A stretch of DNA of 64,000 nt from Botryllus schlosseri. Lineage: Eukaryota. How positions within the stretch are numbered: the first letter of the stretch is position 1; each line of letters begins with the position of its first letter. Positions 1-10,160 of the stretch are shown piece after piece. The translations under genes and the position numbers were made by a program. Location: positions 11,160,001 through 11,224,000 of the forward strand of contig CM119378.1 in assembly GCA_051294905.1 (NCBI GenBank), given 5' to 3'. Below the pieces are notes generated by a model. The model was not told the origin of the DNA and did not search any database. It saw only the letters and a list, made by a program, of their open reading frames with translations.

Positions 1-2451
1 CCTAGAATCGTTCTGATTGATGAAAATTCCCTCCGCAGGTGTGTGTAATCTCCATTTCTATCCCGTCATTTTTCGTGTTCAGCGGGAATGAGTAAAACAA
101 ACGAAAACAAATTAGTCAAGACTTTGATGAGTGTTGGCACGCCGATTTAACGAGCTGCACTTGCGCGTCGTAGATCTCGGACATTTCGGGGCTTTTCTAT
201 AGCGTTATGGTACCGAGAGCTCGACGGAATCTACATATCTTTTCTTCATCCTTAGCCTTTTATAGTGCTAATATTGTCGGGATTTGTGTGATATATCCGA
301 TTAAGCGATGTTGTGAATATCATGACTTGTCTAGAGCGTCTACGTTCCCTTAAGTTGAATATGCTATTATATCTGTTACTAATGTTAAAATAGATCATTT
401 ATTAGTTTACTATATATTTCGATCCAAGCGATCGCGTTCTTACGTAATTACATCTTACTAATATACTCTCAGTCACTTTTCGGTGCCAGTTTCGGATATC
501 AATTATCATAAACGAGTACAAGCTCTTCGCTTCCATGTCACGCTTCTATAGTCTCTTAACGAGCTCTTACAAAAACTGTTTTGTTAAGGTAAAATTAGTG
601 CTCGGAGCCTAGATTAGGCTCGTGGATTTGTTGACGGAGGACATTGTCGGCCTATGAGTGTGTCCCTCTGAATATCTGAATCGCACGCGCGATGCTTATG
701 GGCGACAGGCCGTTAATATTAGGTAACGCATTTGCCAAGGTGACCGTAAATGGAATATGGCACCCATACGGCGGCACGCACGCGGCAAACCTTTTGCCAT
801 AGAAGGTATTTGTTGCACCGCAATATCGTTGACGTCACTACACTTGAACTCCGAAATGAGTTATAGGCGTGTATGGCCAATTGGCCATTGGCCATTGAAG
901 AAGTAACAGCACATCCTACTACCTACACCATGGTAACCTTACAGCCTACATCCATCGGATCACAATTGTTAATCGATGTATTTTTTTAGCCTGACGAATC
1001 GGTAAAGTTTAAATTTGATAGATTAACCCACAACAACAAACTGATTTTGGTCCAAACCTGCGCAGAAATCACGCATGTGAAACAATAATAAACTGAATTC
1101 GACCTCAATTATCCAAGACAGTCGTGAACAGTCGTGAACATAAGCGATCTAACTGTAACGGCTCGAATGTTATTTTTAATGTGAATCAGCGTTCGGTAAA
1201 TGATTGGTGTCACGCGAAAGTATTTCATCTCGCCGCTGCGAAATATGTAATATTCTTATACACGTGCAACACTTTAATTGAATTCGCGATTTATATCGAA
1301 ATAAGTTCGCAAACTACTTCCCACTATAATGCAGAAATGCCCGCTTAGATTGACGGTGGCTCAGGAAATTCCGTTATCTGCGATGCAATCATTTTTCAGC
1401 TCAATTATACCGCGGGCCAGTTAAGGTACACAATAGCTGTCATCCACCATTGAGATCATGGTGATAGATAACTGCTCAACTCGCAAACGACTGCATAATA
1501 TTGCCCTACCAAACTGGTCTTCAACAATTTCACCAGGGATAACCTAATGAAGAGTTGTGGCTCGCACTGTCATCCATGATATTCTCTTGTCCCGCCATGA
1601 AGAAGTGTAAGATCAGTGTCTTTAGAAGCAATGTCACGTTTTATCCTGAATGCTGCATTGAGAACCACGCATCTTTCTTAATAACATACTCATGGATATA
1701 TCAATGTACGATGTACACTACAGTACATGTGTGCATGTATACGCATGTACTTGCACGTGTACGGTCGTAATTCCATCACTTTGTGAAGCAAATATTTATA
1801 CCCTTTGTAGCCGTATTTCGTAATTTTGAGGCTGTCATCATTTATCCACAGTGTTACTTAAACAAATTTAGGATATATACTCAGCGTAGTATTTCCAAAA
1901 ATAGTAATTCAAGACTTACCATAATGGTCGATTTAGCAAATTCGATCCTAATCCTTCGATCTTGATAGTGCAAATCAATTTGGTAAATTTCTCTGGAGGT
2001 GGCGTTCAACTTCAATTGGGCTATTTATTGCACTTTGGAGATGGTATCGGGATCGGCGAATATCTGATATGATTTAGTTTATGGGATAATTGGAGATGGC
2101 CATCAGTCATGAATAAAATTGCGGTGAGTTTGCGATATCGTAAACTGAGATTTCACGGTGTTGTACTTTCGGGAAGCCCGCCAGACAAATATTAACGAAG
2201 TTCAATACCGTCTCCCTGAATGATCCGCGAGACTGTGATATACTTCACTTCGCTTACTCCACTTCACATTTGATTTTCAGATTAATACTTATACAGACCT
2301 TACAGAAATACGAATATCATTTGGCTCTAACTCTACGGTGCAAGTTTGATCAGTTGGTCTGCGAACTTGAAGTATTGGTATATTTTAACATTGAGGTTTT
2401 CTATGAGCCCGTAATTCATTGTCCAGCTGTCCCTCAATATCACAAGTGCAG

Positions 2452-2654
2452 TGTCGTAAACTGACTATTGCGTTGAATAACGAACTGAAGCTTTATTAAA
2501 GCAAAGGTAACCAATGTGGCTTTAAGCAACATAGAACACAACTGACAGCAGAACAGAAGAGAATAGAATGACACGGTAACGATAAGGCGACACTGTACTG
2601 TACAACGTAATTAATCAGATGAAAGTAATTATTGCCTAATTGCGGATCACCACA
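2452..2654 (-). repeat. 3' LTR (203 bp)
   Basis: Identical to the 5' LTR and directly preceded by the polypurine tract. Confidence 0.97.
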
Positions 2655-2667
2655 TTCTACCCCCCTT
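2655..2667 (-). other. Polypurine tract (plus-strand primer)
   Basis: Minus strand reads AAGGGGGGTAGAA immediately before the TG of the 3' LTR. Confidence 0.9.
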
Positions 2668-2706
2668 GCATTTTGTAAATTCACATATAAAAATGACACA
2701 AGAATA

Positions 2707-5700
2707 TCAATGACTAACAAAATTACCATACCGATCCGGCTGGCGCCTAACTCTAGTTGAACGCCGAAGCTCAACGTCTAGATTTCTACTCGAATCATCT
2801 GGTACATCCTCTGAATGGTTAGATTCTTGAGGCTCTTCATCAGATGACTTCAACTCAACGTTAGAAACTTCGCGACTTGGCTCGTGGCCATCGATATCAA
2901 CAGAACAAGGTTCAGCTTGTTTCGTTTCAGGATTAGTCGACGGTGTTTCTTCTCCAGTAGGAAAACGGGCCAAATCGTTGAGTGAGACGTTGGACTCGCG
3001 GCCGTTAGGAAAACGAACACGTGCGTAAGTCGGGTTGGCTTCAAGAAGTTCGACCTCAGAACATAGTTCGTCGCCTTTGTTTCTGACGAATTTGCGTAAG
3101 AAAACTGGCCCCGGTGTCAATAGCCAGGATGGCACGCTATTCCCCACCATACTTTTTCTTGGAAAGGAAAAGAATCGGTCATGCGGTGTTGAATTAGTTG
3201 ACGTGCAAAGTAGCGATCGAACTGAATGTAACGCATGAGGAAGGGCGTCAGCCCAACATGATTCTGAGACTCCGGTTGATTTCAAAATGAGTTTGATAGT
3301 TCGCCATAATGTTTGATTAAGGCGTTCGCACTGCGAATTTCCTGTTGGGTGGTAAGGCGTAGTGAAGCTAGTTGCAACCCCGCGAGAATGTAAATAATCC
3401 TTGACTTCCTTGGACACGAAAGCGGTGCCTCGGTCACTGTGAACGTATCCCGGAAGTCCAAAAACAGCGAATAGTGTCGACAAACACGAAACGACGGTTA
3501 GCGCGGAAGTGTTGCGACATGGAAAGGCGAACGGAAAACGACTATATTCGTCTATGACAACGAACATGAAAGGGGATTTGTTAGATTTCAAAGGCCCTTT
3601 GAAGTCTACGTTGATTCTTTCCCAAGGTTTCGTTGCTTTCACAAGCACTTGCGGATTGCATTTGTAAAAATTTGGTTTGATTTGAGCACAAATGCGGCAA
3701 CGAGCGCAGGTCTCGCGGACGTCATTAAGGGAGAACGAGAGATTTTTCGAACGAACGAAATGATGCAGCCTTGTGACTCCTGGATGACCCAGAGTGTCGT
3801 GTATGCGATTTAGATTAGAGCCCAACTCACAGGGTGAAATCGATGCGCAATACGAAGATGTGGTCCGCGAAAACATATCAGCCGCAACATTCAGTGCCCC
3901 CGGTTTGTGTACGATATCATACGAAAATTGACCAAGTTCGACACGCCACAGCTGGATTTTGGTATTTTTGATTTTACCTTTAGATTTGCCGTCGAACATG
4001 AATGCGACAGATCTCTGGTCAGTAACAAGAGTGAAATGTCTGCCATGTAAAAAATGAGCCCATTTACGAACTGCCGCGATAATTGAGGACGCTTCTTTCT
4101 CAACAGAGGAGTAGCGTATTTCACTTGGCGATAGTGCTTTTGACATGAACGCGACCGGTCGACCGTTTTGACTAAGGATAGCTGCAATGGCTGCATTAGA
4201 AGCATCACACTCTATTGTGAACGGACTTGTCTCGTCGATCCTACCAAGAGACGCGTCAACTAACTCGCGTTTTAAATCGTTAAATGCGATAGATGCATTT
4301 TCGGAAAGCGGAAATTTTTCGACTGAATACAAAGGACGGATTTTGTCGGAGAAGTTGGGTAACCATTTGGCATAGTAGGCAAACATGCCACACACTCGTT
4401 TTAGTTCTGGGTTGTTGCGTGGCGGCAATAAATCGATTAACGGCTTTAGTCTTTCTGGGTCCGGTTTGATCACGCCATGCGACACGCGATAACCGAGCAA
4501 GTCTATTTCCGTAGAACGGATGATTGACTTCGAATGATTGAAAGTGAGGCTGAATCGCTGAGCAGCATTGAGAAACGCGTCGAGATTCCGATCGTGGTCG
4601 TCCTTATCCATACCGCAAACAGTAATATTATCCAGATAAGCGAAGGTGCCGGTGAGCTTGTTGTCTTTTATGACGTTGTCTATTATTCTTTGAAATGCCG
4701 AAACTCCGTTGGTGACTCCAAATGGCAATCGACGGTATTGGTAAAGATTTCCAGCGGCTTCGAATGCCGTATACGGACGATCATCAGGTGATAGTGCCAC
4801 TTGATAATACGCGGACTTCAGATCTAACGTACTGAAAACTTTGAAACGGGCGATGTTGTTGACTTGGTCATCGATCCTTGGTAAAGGATAGGCGTCTAGT
4901 AAGGTATACCTGTTGACCGTCTGAGAGAAGTCGATGACCATGCGCTTCTTGTGTCGACCGTCATTTACAACAAGAACCTGTGCTCGCCAAGGCGATGAGG
5001 ACGGCTCGATGATTCCTTCCTTCTCGAGTTTCGCAACTTCCGCTTTAATGAAATGTAGATCGGCTTCGCTGTATCTTCTGGATTTAGTGGCAATCGGTTT
5101 ACAATTCGGTGTCATAAACTTGAAAATTTGCGGTGCTTCGACACACGCTTGAGCAACTCCGCATACACTGTACTTCTGATCTCGAGGGAGTTCCAAGGTA
5201 TCTCTATCTCCGTCCATATTGAAAATGACTCGTTTATGCAAGTTCATGAAATCGAGACCAAGCACCACATCAGCGCATAAATCTTCCATTCCTTTAAGAG
5301 GGAATTCCGTATATTTCGTTTCGTTTACAAGAATGTCCGGTCTGTAGAGTTCTTCAATCTTGCGGGAATGGGATTTGGAAGCAAATGTAACCGTAGAGTA
5401 GTACGGAGTGGATTTCAGGTCAATTTCGTTGGCGTATCCAGTGCTTATGAAGCTTTCCGCGGAACCGGAGTCGATTAAAGCAAATGTTATGTGGCTGCCG
5501 ATCTTAACCACGATTCTTGCTTTTATGAGACATTTGGGTACTCCGATGGCGCTGAAGTATGAGATCATTGCAGTTACTGTTCTCCTGTTGTCGGTGGCCT
5601 TTCTCATGCAAACCACTTCATAATGACCTAGGACTCCACAATAGCCACACTCGCTCCGTTTCGCTGGACATTTATATCGGGAGTGGAATGTCTGACCGCA

Positions 5701-6375
5701 AAAAAAGCACTTCTGATCAGGTTTGATTGTTTTGCTCATTGCGTTGAGTCGACTGCGAGTTTCTGCGGATGATAGTTCGACTTCAGGATTAAAAGATTTT
5801 TCCAGCGGTTCGACGCCGACAGATGAACATGGAGTGCTGCAATAGATACTAGAGCTTCGCTGGGCGAATTCTAATGAGCGGGCTTTTGAGATCGCCATTT
5901 CGAGGGTTACAGCCCCGTCACTTTCTAATAACCTTTGTCTGATAACGTTTGATCGGAGACCAGTAACGAAAGCGTCGCGGATGGACTCCTTGCGATGATT
6001 TTCCGCCGAGAGAGTCTTGAATGTGCAATCTTTCGCTAGATCTGCCAAGGCACGGGAAAATTCCTCGATCGTCTCTTCGGGCTTCTGAGTACGGGTTACT
6101 AGCATGTGGCGGACGAAGATTTCGTTCTTTTGCTTGATATAAATTTTGTCGAGAAGTTCTATTGCGGTATCGTAAGTCGAACTTTCTTCAAAATAGGAAT
6201 AGACAGACGACGACACGAAATTCGTTAAGATCTTCAGCTTGTCGATCTGTGTATCTTGATCAAATGATGAAAGAAAATTATCGAAGGTCTTCTTCCAATG
6301 CTTATACTGTTTTTCGGCGGAGGCGGAGTCCGGACTGATATCGAGCTTGTCTGGTTTCAGAATCCTTTCTGCCAT
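2707..6375 (-). CDS. Gag-Pol polyprotein (Gag with two CCHC knuckles, aspartic protease, RT, RNase H, integrase), 1222 aa, single frame
   Basis: Knuckles CFFCGQTFHSRYKC and CGYCGVLGHYEVVC (5608-5709). Protease ALIDSGS (DSG at 5464-5472). RT motifs LDLKSAYYQ, LPFG and YLDN. RNase H TIECDASNAAIAAILSQ. Integrase HDTLGH...CARCRIC zinc finger plus DFKGP / HSDRG / SQCER catalytic D-D-E. No chromodomain or env seen. Confidence 0.97.
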   Translation of the reverse strand: MAERILKPDKLDISPDSASAEKQYKHWKKTFDNFLSSFDQDTQIDKLKILTNFVSSSVYSYFEESSTYDTAIELLDKIYIKQKNEIFVRHMLVTRTQKPEETIEEFSRALADLAKDCTFKTLSAENHRKESIRDAFVTGLRSNVIRQRLLESDGAVTLEMAISKARSLEFAQRSSSIYCSTPCSSVGVEPLEKSFNPEVELSSAETRSRLNAMSKTIKPDQKCFFCGQTFHSRYKCPAKRSECGYCGVLGHYEVVCMRKATDNRRTVTAMISYFSAIGVPKCLIKARIVVKIGSHITFALIDSGSAESFISTGYANEIDLKSTPYYSTVTFASKSHSRKIEELYRPDILVNETKYTEFPLKGMEDLCADVVLGLDFMNLHKRVIFNMDGDRDTLELPRDQKYSVCGVAQACVEAPQIFKFMTPNCKPIATKSRRYSEADLHFIKAEVAKLEKEGIIEPSSSPWRAQVLVVNDGRHKKRMVIDFSQTVNRYTLLDAYPLPRIDDQVNNIARFKVFSTLDLKSAYYQVALSPDDRPYTAFEAAGNLYQYRRLPFGVTNGVSAFQRIIDNVIKDNKLTGTFAYLDNITVCGMDKDDHDRNLDAFLNAAQRFSLTFNHSKSIIRSTEIDLLGYRVSHGVIKPDPERLKPLIDLLPPRNNPELKRVCGMFAYYAKWLPNFSDKIRPLYSVEKFPLSENASIAFNDLKRELVDASLGRIDETSPFTIECDASNAAIAAILSQNGRPVAFMSKALSPSEIRYSSVEKEASSIIAAVRKWAHFLHGRHFTLVTDQRSVAFMFDGKSKGKIKNTKIQLWRVELGQFSYDIVHKPGALNVAADMFSRTTSSYCASISPCELGSNLNRIHDTLGHPGVTRLHHFVRSKNLSFSLNDVRETCARCRICAQIKPNFYKCNPQVLVKATKPWERINVDFKGPLKSNKSPFMFVVIDEYSRFPFAFPCRNTSALTVVSCLSTLFAVFGLPGYVHSDRGTAFVSKEVKDYLHSRGVATSFTTPYHPTGNSQCERLNQTLWRTIKLILKSTGVSESCWADALPHALHSVRSLLCTSTNSTPHDRFFSFPRKSMVGNSVPSWLLTPGPVFLRKFVRNKGDELCSEVELLEANPTYARVRFPNGRESNVSLNDLARFPTGEETPSTNPETKQAEPCSVDIDGHEPSREVSNVELKSSDEEPQESNHSEDVPDDSSRNLDVELRRSTRVRRQPDRYGNFVSH

Positions 6376-6377
6376 GA

Positions 6378-6393
6378 TTCTATGTTGCTTAAA
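6378..6393 (-). other. Non-tRNA primer-binding site complementary to the element's own LTR (putative self-priming site)
   Basis: Minus-strand TTTAAGCAACATAGAA starts 1 nt after the 5' LTR. It is the exact reverse complement of the LTR 16-mer at 6464-6479. There is no TGG, so no tRNA CCA complement. Confidence 0.85.
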
Positions 6394-6394
6394 T

Positions 6395-6597
6395 TGTCGT
6401 AAACTGACTATTGCGTTGAATAACGAACTGAAGCTTTATTAAAGCAAAGGTAACCAATGTGGCTTTAAGCAACATAGAACACAACTGACAGCAGAACAGA
6501 AGAGAATAGAATGACACGGTAACGATAAGGCGACACTGTACTGTACAACGTAATTAATCAGATGAAAGTAATTATTGCCTAATTGCGGATCACCACA
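6395..6597 (-). repeat. 5' LTR (203 bp)
   Basis: Reads TGTGGTGATCC...GTTTACGACA on the minus strand, is identical by eye to 2452-2654, and contains AATAAA (6441-6436). Confidence 0.97.
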
Positions 6598-6768
6598 TGC
6601 AGTTTTGTTGTCCATCGCTTTTGTGATCAAATACAAGCATGCATTTCCAACTTCGATTCAGCCTAAATTAAGAAATCTTAGCAGGCGCCATAAGTATCTG
6701 AAAATTTTAAAATTCACATAGCTGTCTGTCCCACATCCCACAATATGCGCATTTTGACAACTTAATAT

Positions 6769-7273
6769 TAGGGCTGGGCACAATGATTCGAGTACTCGAA
6801 TCTGAATCGGGTAATTATTTTAGTGATTCGAGTCGAGTAGCAAAATACGATTTTTTCGAGTACTGACATTATATGCTATTCGCCGCTGAGAGGTTATTTT
6901 GTTAACGAGAGTTATGGTTTGATACTATTTTTCACTGGGGAAGCCTTAAAACCTTGATTGCATACGAAACATAGTACAAAGCTACAGACGTTACTGGAAA
7001 TAACACATTTCCGAAGTCACCATCCTCCTACAACATTGTCACAAAGTGCAATGAAATCGGTATAGGGTCGAAATAATACCAAAGTATCTTTAATGTGATA
7101 GATAACAGGCATTATATTCTTTGCGGTGGCATAAAAGGTATATATTTGAACCGTGACATCTTATATGCTGTTATTACGTCATAATGATTGCTACTCGAAT
7201 ACTCGACTCGACTCGAAGCATAATACGTGATTCAGAATCGAATCACTCAGGTACTCGATTTTGCCCAGCCCTA
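6769..7273. mobile_element. Non-autonomous hAT-type MITE (505 bp, TAGGG termini)
   Basis: TIR TAGGGCTGGGCA...TGCCCAGCCCTA. Perfect 8-bp TSD CTTAATAT (6761-6768, 7274-7281). Subterminal ACTCGA motifs. Confidence 0.9.
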
Positions 7274-10020
7274 CTTAATATCAATTTGACAATTTCAAAT
7301 CGCCAAAGGAGCAGGGAAACCATGTAGTGTTCAATTGCGGGTCAAGTCTATTTCCGTGTTGCTGGCTGTCATCTACACTAACCGCGTTATTATGTTACTC
7401 AAATGGAGGAGATTATCACTCCAAGTATAACGGCCGAGCTTATCAGCAACATACGAATATTCTGCTAACGTATATACCACGCGTATATGATCTCCAGTTG
7501 TAATTTATCAGTTCTCCCTGTCTACGTGTACGTGTCATACTTATTTCATCACGAAACCCCACTTGTAGATAATGACGAGAGCTGTAAACAATAAGATAAG
7601 ACTGCCGTATATTGGATAGACGTTAACCAGTACAGATGTCGCGATAGGAATAGCAGCCAGTCGACACGCCCTCTGTATCGTCGTAAAGTGGTATTGACAA
7701 ATGTACATTGACAATAATCCATGCGAAATAGAGGGAGCCTCTGTGGGACACTGATCGAATCATATTTACGTAAATATTTCTGTTGCCCACCTTCCGCGAA
7801 TCCCCTTTCTCGTCTTGCATATCTTCCATGTTGTTTATGCCGTGCTGAGTTGGTAGAGATATACCTAAACAGCAAGGCGGGCGGTACTTGAGGTTATCTC
7901 TACATGTCGTCAACCCTTCACTTTCCTTATTGCTATTTATCACGGGACAAGGTCACGCAGCAGGCCACAGCGATTGCCCGGTGCCCGCTACAAAACTGTA
8001 CCAAGTTTAGCAAACAAACGACAAGGAACACTCCCGTGCAGCGTAGAGTAGATAAGAGCTTTAGTGCTTTGGCAGAGGTGTAAATGAAAGCAGCATGATT
8101 TATAAAACTTCGTTGGACTACATTGATTTTTTAGAATATTGAACGGTCTTCGTATTGAAAGCGCGTGACTTAGTTTCAATACTGAAAACCAGGTATATCT
8201 GGAACTCTGCACCGGTGATTATGCATTCACCTAGAAGCGTACACTGTAAATACACGAGTCGAAAATACGTGGATTTACCACACTCCACCGTAGCGTATGC
8301 AAATCAGGCTGTCGTCACTTTCTGGCACTAAATTTTGATTTCACACCCACGCTATTCCAATTGGTAAGGAAGAGTCGAATACGCAAATCCTTATAGGTAT
8401 AATGGTATATATAGCAGAGGTATAGTGGGTTCTGCTTTTGTGTGCCAGCTTTTACGCCTTCTTGGGCATGGTACACGGAAACATGTCCCGCACTACGCCC
8501 CTGGGATGCATCTCCACGCGAATTGGGATGCTTTGCTTGGTTTCACCCTTTGGAATGGGTGTATGAGCGCCGCTATTGTGGAAATTGGCGAATACAAGAT
8601 TTCCGTGAACAGTATACTGTTTGCTTTGCCGTATAGTTAACATGAAGCGCCTTATTATACTTGTCATTTGCGTGATAAATTGCGGCCGATATACAACGTA
8701 AATAATCATAGTCCGAGTAGTTTTACTCAGTTTGAAGAAAATAATGTTAACGACGCTGCTGGATGCGTCACGTATAGACCTTGAATTACACCGAATAAGA
8801 CCGAATGTCGTGTCGCCGCTAAACTAATTACGAAAGTTCTTGATTTGATGACTCAAGTCTGCGAAGCACCTTTCCGGACCGCCGACTTCCATTCCGTCGC
8901 GTTTTACCGCGATCGCTGTTGACGCTTTAGGTGATAATAGTCCGTTTACGCATCACCCGGGGTCATCTCGCATTAGTCGACCCCCTGTAAAAAAATCCTT
9001 TTATGATTTCGGCGACACAAACGGCTTTTTAAGTGGCGCGTGCGCGCTTTTGCCCCGACCCCTTGCTTTTGTTTTATACTCTCCGTAAACAGGCAATTAT
9101 ACTCTAAATCGTACAGCAGAATTTCGCTATGATAACGGAGTTCACCGTGACGTGATACGTCACGATCTTTATTCTTAGATAACATATAGTCAACTCAGTA
9201 TTGGTAATATTATCACACAAATATTGATGAAACCACGTTTAATAATATTCATTGGATGTAAAAATCGTTGGATGCATCGTATACATGTGACAGCGCGTGG
9301 CTATTATCTTTTGTCTAACGCATAGGAGACAACTGTATTATCAAACGCTTGATCGCAATAATAGCGATACGGAATATAGAAAGTTACATATCTTCTGACA
9401 TTTCAGGCAGGCCACTTACTTTGATGAATATTTGGGCGTCGTAAGCCATTGTTGGCTTATTATCATCGATCCGTGATAAAGACGCGAAAACACTTCAACA
9501 TCACGCACCAATTGTTTGGCATATTCCGAAACCGATGTCAAGTGTCCGAGATGTACGTAATTTTCGCGCGATTCCAATACTGGGTGTATCGGGGATTGGA
9601 AATCGGAACGCTTAAAACGACCAAATTCTGACGTTTTGCTATCAAAATTTAGAGGATAACGCTAGGAATACCCATTGTGTATCATACTGATATTGCGTGG
9701 AAATTTAGATACGGGTATTTGTTACTGAATTGGCTTCACCATCATAGTGCGACGGCACAATCACAATGACGATGAATAGGACCTACTGTGTCCACTTCCC
9801 AAATCTCTGACAAAAGAAATCGACCCATTGAATATGATATAAAATGCATGAATATAAGTCGAATTTGTGAGTAATTTGATGTTGAATCTTTGAACTAACT
9901 CGTAACGCGGCGTCATATTTAGGAAATTGCGTTGAACTATAATCTATATTCATTTTCTCTCACGTCGAGAATGTTTTACACTAGGAATACTTGAACAGCT
10001 TCTTGGAGGTACAGAACTTC

Positions 10021-10160
10021 AATATACAATTGAATAGTATATTCATATTGATATGAACCCGAATATTTTCGGCTGACATTGCTGACGATTACCCCTGACG
10101 AGTGTCAGCCGAAAATATTCGGGTTCATATCAATGTGAACATACTATCTAATTGTATATT
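10021..10160. repeat. 140-bp imperfect palindrome (58-bp arms, 24-nt spacer)
   Basis: Arms 10021-10078 and 10103-10160 match at 54 of 58 positions as reverse complements. Confidence 0.9.

Larger units (their letters stand above)
2452..6597 (-). mobile_element. Full-length Ty3/Gypsy LTR retrotransposon (4,146 bp, probably Mag-like clade)
   Basis: Two identical 203-bp direct repeats (2452-2654, 6395-6597) with TG...CA termini on the minus strand. 5-bp TSD TGCAG at 2447-2451 and 6598-6602. One intact gag-pol ORF between the LTRs, in PR-RT-RH-IN order. Confidence 0.98.

Noticed and set aside
1-2446. Left flank of the retrotransposon
   Set aside because: No exon, RNA gene or bounded element could be supported.
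2496-2774. 92-aa ORF, and the matching 65-aa ORF at 6439-6636, sharing the peptide CGDPQLGNNYFHLINY...
   Set aside because: The shared peptide only reflects the identical LTRs. There is no sign of a real protein such as env.
7549-9185. Several 65-108 aa ORFs on both strands
   Set aside because: No recognisable domains or consistent splice structure. The lengths are within chance expectation, as for most short ORFs in the track.
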